Assembly (NCBI RefSeq): GCF_004010195.1
Contig: NC_057755.1
Location: 1,019,023 to 1,039,087, forward strand
Length of the DNA stretch: 20,065 nucleotides
Source of the DNA: Chiloscyllium plagiosum
Taxonomy: Eukaryota
Reading direction: 5' to 3'
Made by a program: the position numbers and the translations under genes. The notes under the pieces are model-generated. The model saw nothing but the letters and a program-made list of their open reading frames with translations. It did not search any database and was not told the DNA's origin. This document shows positions 10,600 to 20,065 of this stretch, piece by piece. Position 1 is the first letter of the stretch. Every line of letters starts with the position of its first letter.

Positions 10600-11065
10600 C
10601 GATCTATTTGTGTATAAACATTGCTTTGCATTGGAACTGATCCTGTTTACATGTAAATATTCATCTGCATTGAAACCATTTCTGTTTATTAATAAACATT
10701 TTTTAATGGGAACTTTGCTTATAAATATAAATATTGTTATATTTGGTAACTGTTCGTAATTATAGTTAAGTCCTGTTTTGTTTTTGAGCTGTTCACGCTT
10801 TTGCATAATCATTTTTGTGTCTTGGAATCTCTATAGCTGATATACAAACATTGCCATGCATTCGAGCTTTAATGGTGAATAGATGTAATATCGTGCTTCG
10901 GAACTGTTTACGTGTGCATAAATATTGTCATGTATTGGAACAGTTCGTGTTTATGTGTACTGTTCTGTAATTGAACTGATCATGTTTGTGAATAAATATT
11001 GTTGTGTATTGGAGCTGTTCCTGTTTATATATAAACATCAGTGTGCGTTGAAGCTGTGCCTGTCT
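10600..11065. repeat. Degenerate ~39-bp minisatellite, about 12 units
   Basis: Unit approximately TAAATATTGTTGTGTATTGGAACTGTTCCTGTTTATGTA. The TAAAYAT anchor recurs at 10615, 10654, 10693 and at 10993, 11032 (39-bp spacing). Confidence 0.8.
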
Positions 11066-11269
11066 CCGAATCATCAGCGACACTGTGTCTGACCATGTAG
11101 TGTGAATGCTGAGCTCCTTCGGTGCTTTGGGATGGATGTGCAGTCCCTGTGCCTGCTGGAAGGGCAGCTGCACACAGAAGCATCGGTCACATTTTATCGG
11201 TTATGTGGAATAAATAGGCAGAGAAATCTGATTTCTCATTATATATTCGGGGAACAATAACTGAAGAGC

Positions 11270-11645
11270 ACCGGGGAAGAGAGAGAGTAGACGTTAAAGA
11301 GTGTAATAGACAGACAATTCAAGAGCGAATAATTTGGAAAGGATTAAACTGACGGTAATAAGGAGAGGGTTAGATAGAAAGTAATAGGAAATAGATTTTT
11401 TTAAAAAAAGGAAAGATGAGTAGGGTTAAATATAGGAGCAGAGGATGTAATTTAAAACAAAGTAATAGAGAGATGTGTAAATGAAGAGATATGGAAAGAA
11501 GACTGAATACATGCAAAGCGTTAAAGAGAGGGGAAATGGAGAGGATGTAATTCAAAGTAATAGGAGGAGAGATATATGCAGATATATACAGTGGAATGAA
11601 GTGTGTTGACTTTGGGGATCACGGGGAGAGGGTTAATGCAGGGAA
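11270..11645. repeat. Purine-rich low-complexity / decayed tandem repeat
   Basis: A/G-rich tract with recurring AAAGTAATAG (~11377, ~11459, ~11554), GAGGATGTAATT (x2) and GAGAGGGTTA (x2). Confidence 0.5.
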
Positions 11646-11774
11646 AGATGTAATGGTTATAACAAGGTCAGCCAGATGGATCTCAAAGTCCCCCTTACAT
11701 GCCATCCGGTCCCCACAAAGTCCCGTCGTTCTTTAGCTTTCTGTAGTTGTTTTGCATTGAAAAAAAGTAGTCAG

Positions 11775-12920
11775 TTCTATTGTCCTCTGCGGCATTGATT
11801 CGATGCCAAGTGTACCCTTCCTCAGATGAGGCGACCAAAACTGGGCCTACTCCTCCAAGAGTGGGCATTTCCAGTCTCCATGGAATTGCAGAACTGCGTT
11901 ATTCCGTCCTGAGCTCAAGTCGATGATCTCCAAAGTAGCATTTGCCTTTCTCATCTCCTGCTGCACCTACACATTGGTTTCCAGTGACTCAGGAATAAGG
12001 ACAGAGAGATCCCTTTTGGTGTTCAAAACTTCTCAATCCCTCTAATGCGTCAAAAATTCTTTCAGTTTATTTCTCCTCTAAAAAAATCGCTAACATCACA
12101 TTTATTTATGTTCCAACTGCCATGTTATTGCTCAGACACTCCATAAACTCCTCATTCAGAATGCAACTATACAACGATAATGCAATTATCACTCTCTGCA
12201 ATATTACATCTGCAGTGATCTACAGTAAGCAATTATGCAGACTGAATCTGACCCAATCATGGAACACTGTTTGAAATATGAAGATGAATTTCATGAATAT
12301 TGAGATGCCGAATACCTGACGCAGTGAGAGGCTACTGTCAAAGGCAGTGCATTTGTAAATAAAGGGTGATTTTTGACAGGATGCCGGCCTCTGAAGAGTT
12401 ATTTCGCAAACCAGACATTGTTGGTGTAACTGTGAACCAGGACCATGGGCTCTTCACTTCCGGACTTTCCGATTCCTGCACCTGTCCAATCCTAGAAAAG
12501 CCTACACCCCAAGTTATGCTGAAGTTGTCCTGTGACGTTCTCGATGCTAAGCGCTGTTGAGAAAATATACAATCCTGGATTCTGAACTGAAATGAAAGAA
12601 GAATGCCTCCCGATTTTGTACATTATATTGATCAGATTATTTTCTACTCATTCACTCACGGAAACTGTCTTTCCTCTGTTCAGCGTTCCTGTGTACTCCT
12701 TGCTTATTACAGATCCAAATAACATTGTGCCATCAACAAATATCACACATGATTCCATCTTCTCAATCATTGATACTGATTATAAATGGCTGTGTCTTGA
12801 CATTTGATCCTTGTGGCACTCACTAAGACTACCACCACAACATGAAAATGATACATTTATTCCTGCTCTCTGGTATCTCTCCATTATCAGTCCTCACACC
12901 ATGTCCCATTTCCCTATCAC
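11775..12920 (-). mobile_element. Old CR1 ORF2 fragments, antisense, in two pieces (11775-12142 and ~12645-12920)
   Basis: TTCCTCAGATGAGGCGACCAAAACTG (reverse complement encodes QFWSPHLRK, the CR1 VQFWSPY motif), CATTTGCCTTTC and TAACATCACATTTAT. The second piece contains TGATCCTTGTGGCACTCACTA (reverse complement of the VPQGS motif). Confidence 0.7.
12272..12406 (+). mobile_element. Possible internally deleted solo-LTR-like remnant
   Basis: Terminal inverted repeat TGAAATA (12272-12278) / TATTTCG (12400-12406), with AATAAA at 12358-12363 near the right end. It sits between the two CR1 pieces. No TSD seen. Confidence 0.35.
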
Positions 12921-13561
12921 TACACATCTCATGGACAACAGTGACACCTGCTCAAATACTGCCAGAATTTGACATTTCTGCATCTTTGTGTGTGCAAATC
13001 CCTCGTTGACCTCACTCCACCATCGTGCTTGATGTTGTTTCATTCCATCATCAGTCAGATCTTTTAGGGTTCTTCTCAGTATATGTGAAATACACTGTAA
13101 TGAACAGAGAATATCACATCCACATATACTGCAGCACAAATCATGTGTGTCTCATGACAACTCTGAAACATGACCAGGGCACTGTTATCCTGGTAGGAGG
13201 ATCCGTATTGATCGGAACTTATGCAACCTTTGAGGTGACTTATTTTATCTGTTTCAATTATTGACTGAATTGGAAAGTTATATTTGATTCTGAAGCTATA
13301 TCCACACAGAATGAGGAATTCTATAGCGATGTGGGATTTATTAAAACCTACAATGCGTCGTCGATATTAACCAACTATCATCCCGTCAGGCAACAGCCGC
13401 TGATAACCCGGGAAGTGACACCCCAGTGTTGAGAAGAACGTTTCCTACAGAGATACCCAACAAGCGGAATTTAAATTCCAAATGATCAAAGTCAGGAGAA
13501 GGACGACCCTGTATTAAATTGAGATTTCAATATTTGTTAGATGGTGTTGAATTACAAAGCA

Positions 13562-13700
13562 GGTACACAGTGATTCAGTGATTAGCCCTGCTGCCTCATA
13601 GAGCCAAGTTGTTATTGGTGGTTGGATACCCTTAAAGGTTTGCTCTGGACTCGATGGGCTGAATGGCCTGATTCCACATTGCAAAGATTCTATGATTTTA
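13562..13700 (+). mobile_element. HE1-type tRNA-derived SINE with a large internal deletion
   Basis: tRNA-like head CAGTGATTCAGTGATTAGCCCTGCTGCCTCATAGAGCCA (A-box remnant 13571-13581; B-box missing) joined to a CR1-like tail GGACTCGATGGGCTGAATGGCCTGATTCCACATTGCAAAGATTCTATGATT. Confidence 0.8.
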
Positions 13701-13968
13701 TTTGATGTCCGTTTGCCAATGTTTGTTATTGACCGAGTGAGATTTGGATCATCGAATAATGTCAGGTCTAATAATACCCTACAACAACTGGGAGTAAAGT
13801 CACGACTGTCACCTGTTTGTTCAAATTCTTATATCATTGAATTGAACTACATTGTAATGTAACATTTCCCCAGGCAATGTCAGCAGATAGAAATGAAAGG
13901 CTTTGAGATTGTGTCACCTCGGTATTGAGTACAGAGAGATCGCCTGCACAAAGAGCTTCAGGCAGAAA

Positions 13969-14035
13969 ATGACGTTCTCATTTGGTCATTTGTGGACAAT
14001 ATTTTAGACGACCTTTCCGTTTGTAACAATTCCTG
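13969..14035 (+). pseudogene. Short first coding exon of a second GPCR paralog ('GPR139-like'), with a premature stop
   Basis: GAAAATG start; translates MTFSFGHLWTIF*TTFPFVTIP followed by G|GTAAGT (perfect donor at 14036). 67 nt gives phase 1, which would join a TT-AAT exon like the one at 8333 to make the TM1 'IP-VN' motif. TAG at 14005-14007. Confidence 0.68.
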
Positions 14036-15404
14036 GTAAGTGCCTTGCAAACTTGAATTTATGTGAATCTTGCTGAGGATTATCTGCGGGTTCACTCTGC
14101 CACTGACAACGATACATGGGCATGTTGTCATGTTGTGCCAAAAGCCACACAATGGCAGACGTTCAGTGACTTAGTCTCAAATTATGGACACCCCTTGGAA
14201 TCCCCAGCATCGCTGATTCCACAGGAATTACCTTGGAAATTATTCATCTCTTCTGGGAACTTTCAGAAATCATCTCTATTTCAATCGAAGACTACAGAGA
14301 ATTTCGATGGAATGAAGAAAAGGAATCACTTTGGAAATTATACGCATTTGGATTTTTAGATGGAGAGTACAAAGTCATTTAGATTGCTTTTGTTTCTTTT
14401 TTTTGAGTGAATAAGCAATGGGCTTCTCTGATCATCTGAAGTCAATGGTTTACTTGAAGTTATTTCTGTAATCACAGAGGTTTGTTTTAAAAACTATGTT
14501 TGGGATTTGACTACAGGCAGATTGGCTTTGTCAACGACTGAACCTTTGTTTATTTTTGATACCTTACAACCCAGAATGGTATTAATGGAGCCTGAAAGAT
14601 ATTTTGGAGAGTTCTGGAAATTGCGATTATGGAAGAAAGCCGTAACTGAGAAAGCATTACATTCATTTCGTCATTTCTTTTAGCTACTGCAAGACCCTGA
14701 GTGGATGTATAGATCAGCGATCATGCAAAGGAAATGAAAGTTTCTATCAATTCCATTGCCTTGGAATGAAAATCTTATGTTGGTCCCAGACAGAAGTGTT
14801 GTCACAAAAAAAAGTTGTGAAGAGAGTGTTTAAAGCTGAGTACGTTAACATTCAGGTATGTGGGAGCTCCAGGAAGAAATTTACTGTAGTTTCAGTTTAG
14901 AAATGGCAATCACAAGTCATTTAACCAAGTGATAGATACAGGGAGTCTTGAGTGAGTTTTATGTGAGGGTTGCTTTCTTTGGACGGCACCGGGAGCCGTG
15001 CTTAGTATGATTTCTAGAAGTTGCATCCTTTTATGCCATTTGTGCATTGTTTTGAGGTTAATGGGAATTATACATTTATGCTGTGTTCATTGCCTTTGAA
15101 ACTGCATTATAAGTACGTAGTTGCATTTATTCTATTTTGTCTTCATTTTTTGTAAGAAACTTCTGTTTTGTTGTGGAAGCAATATTTGCAGCATTGTGTG
15201 TTTACGATTCAGCAAGAGATCACATTGTTAAATCAATACAAATGAGGTTGAAATCCATCAAGCTGGGTTTTTATCGATGATCTGGCTTGTTCTGTAATTA
15301 ATCAGCTGGTATCAGAACAGAAGTGAGGCTATTAAATACTTAGACACACTCCCGATGAACGTATAAACTAACCCCACACTTCAAGTAGGTTGTGTCACAA
15401 CTAT

Positions 15405-15612
15405 GAGACAGTGACGTCTGCAGATGCTGGAGATCAGAGTTGAGAATGTATTGCTGGAAAAGTACAACAGTTCAGGCAGCACTCGAGGAGCAGGAAGATT
15501 GATGTTTCAGCCCAGAGTCCTGATGAAGGGCTCTGGCCCGAAAAGTCCATTTTCCTGCTCATTGCATGCTGCCTGACCTGCTGTGCTTTTCTAGCAATGC
15601 ACTGTCAACTGT
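15405..15612. mobile_element. Penelope-like-element-derived palindromic (fold-back) repeat
   Basis: Arm 15438-15517 is the reverse complement (about 80% by eye) of arm 15531-15610; the centre is TCCTGATGAAGGG. Confidence 0.82.
15514..15552 (+). ncRNA. Degenerate minimal type I hammerhead ribozyme motif (Penelope-type)
   Basis: CTGATGA (15520-15526) + extra A + stem II GGGC-TCTG-GCCC (15528-15539) + GAAA (15540-15543) + AGTC, with a GTC cleavage triplet at 15545-15547. The palindromic ACGT stem III and stem I are mutated, so it is probably inactive. Confidence 0.6.
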
Positions 15613-15843
15613 GTCCCAAGTTTATCTTTCCAGATCCATTATATGCTCCAGACCCTGATCAGACATCCACGCTGAGTTGTAATTCCATCTTACCCCTCTC
15701 AAAGTTACTACTCTTACTCTGCACCACAGTAATCATAAAATGCATTCTCTCACACCCTGCCAGACCTGTAACTCTGGAACTAAATGAGACACTGGGTTGC
15801 GGATACATATGCTGTTTATTTAACAGTTCTGGTGATCTCCGAG

Positions 15844-16000
15844 AAGAAAGTGAGTACCGCTGATGCTGGAGTCCAGAGTCGAGAGTGTGTTGCTGGGAAC
15901 ACACAGCAGGTCATGCAGCATCCGAAGCAGGAGTTTTGACATTGAGGACATAAGCCCTTCACCAGGGCTTAGTCTCCAGCTCCTCGGATGCAGCCTGACA
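15844..16000. mobile_element. Second copy of the Penelope-derived fold-back repeat (partly deleted right arm)
   Basis: GATGCTGGAGTCCAGAGTCGAGAGTGTGTTGCTGGGAACACACAGCAGGTCATGCAGCATCCG matches 15423-15490. AAGCCCTTCACCAGG is an antisense decayed CTG(A/G)TGAAGGGC core. Short return arm CTCCTCGGATGCAGCCTGAC. Confidence 0.8.
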
Positions 16001-16019
16001 TTTTTTTCATTACCGAGCA

Positions 16020-16510
16020 GTGAGGACAGAATTGCTATAAGGAGAGGACAGACGGGATTTACAACAATGATGTCAGTATGTGGAAATTACTGCATCATTG
16101 AGGAAAGATGCATAAGTTGGTGTCATTTTCCCTGAACAGAGATGCATGAGATTTGACGTGATTGGGATTTACAAAAGCATCAGAGTGTGGATTGGACACC
16201 TGTCTCCCCGAACGAAGAACCACTTACCAGGAGACACAGAGTGAACAAAATTAATGGGAGGATTTTGAAGGACATGAGGCCTACTATTTCATTGAGAAGA
16301 TAATGGTTCAACTGGAATTCACTGCCTAGTTTCAATGGAGGCTTGAGGTGACCAACCTTAACTCATTTTAATGAAACTTGCAAATGCAAGTGAAGTGTAG
16401 AAATCTTCAACGCTGTGGACCAGGTGTTGAAAAGTGGGATCAGCATAGTTGGTAGTTTATCAATTAATTCAGACTTAAATGACCTGTTTCAGTGCATAAC
16501 ATTCATACAT
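16020..16510 (+). mobile_element. Old CR1 3' fragment
   Basis: Collinear with the CR1 C-terminus at ~6995-7490: GATTTACAACAATGATG, ACCAGGAGACACAGA, CTGGAATTCACTGCCT, AAAAGTGGGATCAG. Heavily diverged. Confidence 0.6.
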
Positions 16511-17104
16511 TTCCGTGCGGTTGCAGAAAGACTGAGGAGTGCTAAAGTGAATTCGCTTGTGGGGGTGGGGGTGGGGGTAGGTGAAATGGTCTGTTTCTGT
16601 ATTGTCCATTTCAACTACTGGATCACTATGGATTGTTAAAGTGTATTCCCGAGGGCTGTGGCTACCTTCCAGTTGTTCGCTGTAGAAGTGTTTCTGGCTT
16701 CATACTTCTTATAATGTAGAAAGCAACTTTACATGTGGAGGAGGAATGTTAACTGAGGTTCGAACATAAGAATGTATGAATTCGTTAGTTTAATATTCAT
16801 TCCATTGTTTGGTTGTCTCATTATAATGGAAAGTTTTTATAAAAGAAGTATTATGAAGTCTTGTACTGTCGATGAACTGCTGAGTACTCGGAATATCAGT
16901 TTACATGTAATTGCCCCGACATAATTAGAGTGTCAGAGAAACCTGATTTTTGCCATGCTATATTTTATCATACAATGTATTATACATTCAGTAAATGCAG
17001 TAGTGAACTGTCTGCTCTGCTCTGCATTGTGTAGTTTATTCATAAAATATCAATAAGCACATTCCAAAACGTTTTGAGTCAGGTAATGCAGGGAATGCAA
17101 CGAA

Positions 17105-18442
17105 AAGTTCACATCTCCCTATTTGCATTTTACATTATTTGCTGTCTGAATGTACAAGCCGAATTAGAACATTTCCGACACTTGACAAGGAATTGTTCAC
17201 TTTCCAATACAAACTATAAGGGATTCAGTCAGTTAACAGAACTTCAGTGTATCATCACAGAGAAGGGTCAGATTGTGGTTTGCACCTTTAATGATGAAGC
17301 AAATCTTTTCAGCTCAGTTAGCATTGCCCGTCAAACAATCACATTTTCTGAAATGCAATAACTCATGCCTTTGTAATTTAGTGACCAGACGATTCCAGGT
17401 AATCCTAATTGGAGAAAGGGAAAAGATTGTGGCTGTGAGAGCTGATCCTTGTTTAAGGTATTTCAGGTATCGGCGCTGATGTACACAAAATCCTGGAAGA
17501 GTAATTATTGTTTTATGAGCTATTGCATTGCTTTAGAAATCTGGGGAAATGAAAGATCAAAGCAACACAATTTATAAAAGGAGGGTCATGTGTGGGAGAG
17601 TTCATAGCATAGGAGCAGCTAAGTGCATGGTTTTTAAGTGTAATCTTGCTGACTGTTTTTGTGTACATCGACAATACTAAGGAGATTGAGTTGTGATTGA
17701 GTATAGGTTTTATTGAGATCTGTCTCTCCATTAAAATATTACAAATAAAAAGCACAAGTACAATGTTAGCCTTGAGCTGTGTCTTTTAAATCAGTAAGAC
17801 TATTTTCTGTGCCTGTCGATTATCGAGGGGCAAAAATCGCCTTTAGAAGAGTGATGTACTCTTCTTGTTGGATGTGGGAGATTCTGGAGAGTTTCCATGT
17901 TACTGATGATTCTGTCTACAGTAAATATGTTTGGTTGTGAATTCTATCATATCGCATGGATCTGCTGGAGCAGGAGTTGGAGACAATGAGGAATTTTTAG
18001 GAGCTAGGGAGTCTGATGGATGGCAGCGACAGGAAGTGAAAACAAAAGCACACTTCATCAGTTAGATGGGTTATCCCAAGAAAAGGCAGGAGAGGGAAAT
18101 GTGTACTGCAGGAGGCTCCTGTGGCTGCACCCATCTTAAACAGGAATGCTGTTTTGGAAAATGTCGGGTGAGATAGACTCTTTGGGAAATGTAGCACGAA
18201 CAGCCAAATTTTTGGGACCAAGACTGGATCGAAAGTAATGAGGGGTACGTCAGGTTCAAACGATTAATTGTGAAAGGGGAATCTCTCGTCAGTGACACAT
18301 ACAGACGTTTCTGCATCCAAGACCGCGTATTACCTCTTGGTGCCAGTATCAAGGATATCGTGGAGAGCGTGCAAAATATTCTAAAAAGCGAGTGGGATCA
18401 GCAGAAGGTTAATGTGTGCATTGGAACTAACAACATAGGAAG
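17105..18442 (+). repeat. Paralogous copy of window 1-~1520 (flank + CR1 5' region + ORF1 remnant)
   Basis: Exact anchors TGACAAGGAATTGTT (79-93 / 17183-17197) and TCAGTGTATCATCACAGA (140-157 / 17244-17261), offset 17104; TGTGGGAGAGTTCA (671-684 / 17591-17604), offset 16920. ORF1 remnant from 17836: IAFRRVMYSSCWMWEILESFHVTDDSVYSKYVWL*ILSYRMDLLEQELETMR. Confidence 0.88.
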
Positions 18443-19932
18443 GTGCAGGAAGCAAGGGTTTAAATTCATGGATCACTGGGGTATGTTTTGTGGTAAGCAT
18501 AAATTATACAAGAGAGACAGTTTCCACCTTAATAGGTTGGGGACCAGCATTCTGGCAGGCTGGTTTGGTACTGCAAAACAGCTGCGTTTAAACTAAGTAG
18601 CGGGCGGGGGGAGGGGACAAACTGGATGTTTAAGAAGGAAAATGAAGGAAAAGTTAGAACAAGGGGAGTCAAGAAAGACAACTGTATCAATGAAGCAGAA
18701 AACTCAAAAAGGGATCATGCTGCAAGGTTGAGTTAAAAAGCAGTTGATGGGAAACGTGAGGGCAATAACAAATTAAAAATACTATATATGAATGCACGAA
18801 GCATTAGAAAGAAGATGGATGAGCTTGAGGCTCTTTTGGAAATTGGCAGATACGATATTGTGGGGATAACTGAGGCGTGACTTCAAGTGGACAGGGCCTG
18901 GGAAATGAATACTCAAGGCTACACGTGCTATTGTAAGGACAGACTGACGGGCGGGGTATGTGTGGCCATGTTGGTAAGGGATGATATTCAGTCCCTTGCG
19001 TGGGAGGACATAGAATCAGGCGATGTAGAGTCAGTATGAATAGAGCGGAGAAATTCTAAGGGTAATAAGACCTTCTTGAGAGTTATCCACAGGCTCCCAA
19101 ACAGTAGTCTGGATGTCGGATGTAAGTTGAATCAGGCGCTGAAATTGGCCTGTCGCAAAGATGTTACTACAGTTGTTATGGGGGATTTCAACATGCAGGT
19201 AGACTGGGAGAATCAGGATGGTATTGGACCTCAAGAAAGAGACTTCGTGGAGTGCCTCCGAGATGGATTCGAAGAACAGCTGGTGCTGGAGCTTACCAGG
19301 GAGAAGGCAATTCTGGATATGGTATTGTGCAACGAACCAAAATTGACCAGGGACCTCGATGTGATGGAGCCATTGGGAAGTAGTGGCCATAATACAATAA
19401 ACTTCAATCTGCAAATTGAGAGGGTGAGGGTACAATTGGAAGTGACAATATTTCAGTTGAATAAAGGGAACTATGAGGGAGGAGCTGGCCAAAGTTCAAT
19501 GGCTCAATACCTTAGCAGTGATGACAGTGGAGAAACAATGGCAGATATTTCTGGGTATAATGCAGAAGATGCAGGATCAGTTCATTCCAAAAAGGAAGAA
19601 AGATCCTAGGAGGAGGACTGTGTGGCCGTGGCTGACGAGGGAAGTTAAGAAACATATAAAGTTAAAAGAGAAAAAGTATAACATAACAAAGATCAGTGGG
19701 AAAACGGAGGATTGGGAAGCTTTTAAAGAACACCAAAGGATTACTAAGAAGGAAATACGCAGAGAAAAAATGAGGTACCAAGGTAAACTGGCCAAATATA
19801 TAAAGGAGGATAGTAAAAGCTTTTTTTTTAGGTATGTGAAAGGCAATAAAATGGTTAAGGCTAAAATTGGGCCCTTGAAGACAGAAACAGGGGAATGTAT
19901 TACGGGAACAAAGAAATTGCAGAAGAATTATA
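18443..19932 (+). mobile_element. Younger CR1 LINE of a different family: end of ORF1 esterase + ORF2 APE endonuclease and tether
   Basis: ORF1 end CRKQGFKFMDHWGMF..LYKRDSFHLNRLGTSILAG (stop 18596). ORF2 reads LKILYMNARSIRKKMDELEALL..YDIVGITEA*, VVMGDFNMQVDW, TREKAILDMVLCNEP, PLGSSGHNTINF, WPWLTREVKKHIK. Few lesions: TGA 18878-18880, TGA 19037-19039, frameshift ~19473. Confidence 0.92.
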
Positions 19933-20065
19933 TTTCCAGTGCGAGCAGCAGCGAAGGTAAGACCGTTTGGTTTTAAAAGTACTTACCGGTAGCGGGCAGG
20001 GGTGTTTTTTTTTTCTCTTTCACTCTCTCTTCACAGAAAGAGCGGAAGCACCAGGGGGAAGTGAC
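19933..20065 (+). mobile_element. Probable 5' UTR of a further (CR1-like) element interrupting ORF2; runs off the window
   Basis: ORF2 similarity stops abruptly after KEIAEEL. The sequence becomes CpG-retaining, with a GGTAAG...CTTACC inverted repeat (~19956-19987) and GAGCGGAAG / GGAAGTGAC motifs. The identification is by resemblance only. Confidence 0.4.

Noticed and set aside
10600..11065. CRISPR-like array
   Set aside because: Contiguous degenerate tandem units without unique spacers, no cas genes, and a vertebrate context.
11649..11690. Possible LTR 5' end (TGTAATGGTTATAACAAGGTCAGCCAGATGG)
   Set aside because: Too short to support, and its link to 12272-12406 is unverified.
13562..13610. 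tRNA gene
   Set aside because: Only the 5' half is present and it is joined to a LINE-like tail; this is a SINE head.
14340..15319. Possible long LTR-like repeat ending ...GCTGGTATCAGAACA
   Set aside because: The right end looks familiar, but I could not define a left terminus, a TSD or a second copy in the window.
16559..16582. (GGGGGT)n G-quadruplex candidate
   Set aside because: Only three full G-runs plus GG; an ordinary microsatellite with no functional context.
19076..19976. 177-aa and 167-aa ORFs as functional genes
   Set aside because: They are overlapping frameshifted pieces of CR1 ORF2, with upstream in-frame stops at 18878 and 19037.

Overview
Eukaryotic, repeat-rich vertebrate DNA. 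The repeat families (HE1-type SINE, CR1 LINEs with (TCTATGAC)n tails, Penelope-derived fold-back repeats) point to a cartilaginous fish, probably a shark; this is recognised from memory, not from a search. No intact protein-coding gene is present. The non-TE content is a head-to-tail array of decayed two-exon class A GPCR genes of the family annotated as 'GPR139-like' in shark genomes. The large second exon of one gene lies at 8333-9224 (many stops and frameshifts) and the short first exon of the next gene at 13969-14035. Window 1-~1520 is paralogous to ~17105-18442, suggesting a ~17 kb tandem duplication unit whose intron carries a CR1 LINE. In the first unit this CR1 is near full length (~668-7493) and is interrupted by three nested retroelements: an RTE 3' fragment with a TSD, an antisense CR1 and an antisense CR1/L2-group LINE. 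In the second unit it is fused in frame, inside the ORF1 esterase domain, to a younger and different CR1 family. The window also holds palindromic Penelope-derived elements with degenerate hammerhead-ribozyme cores (15405-15612, 15844-16000, ~7612-7750), a 39-bp minisatellite and simple repeats.
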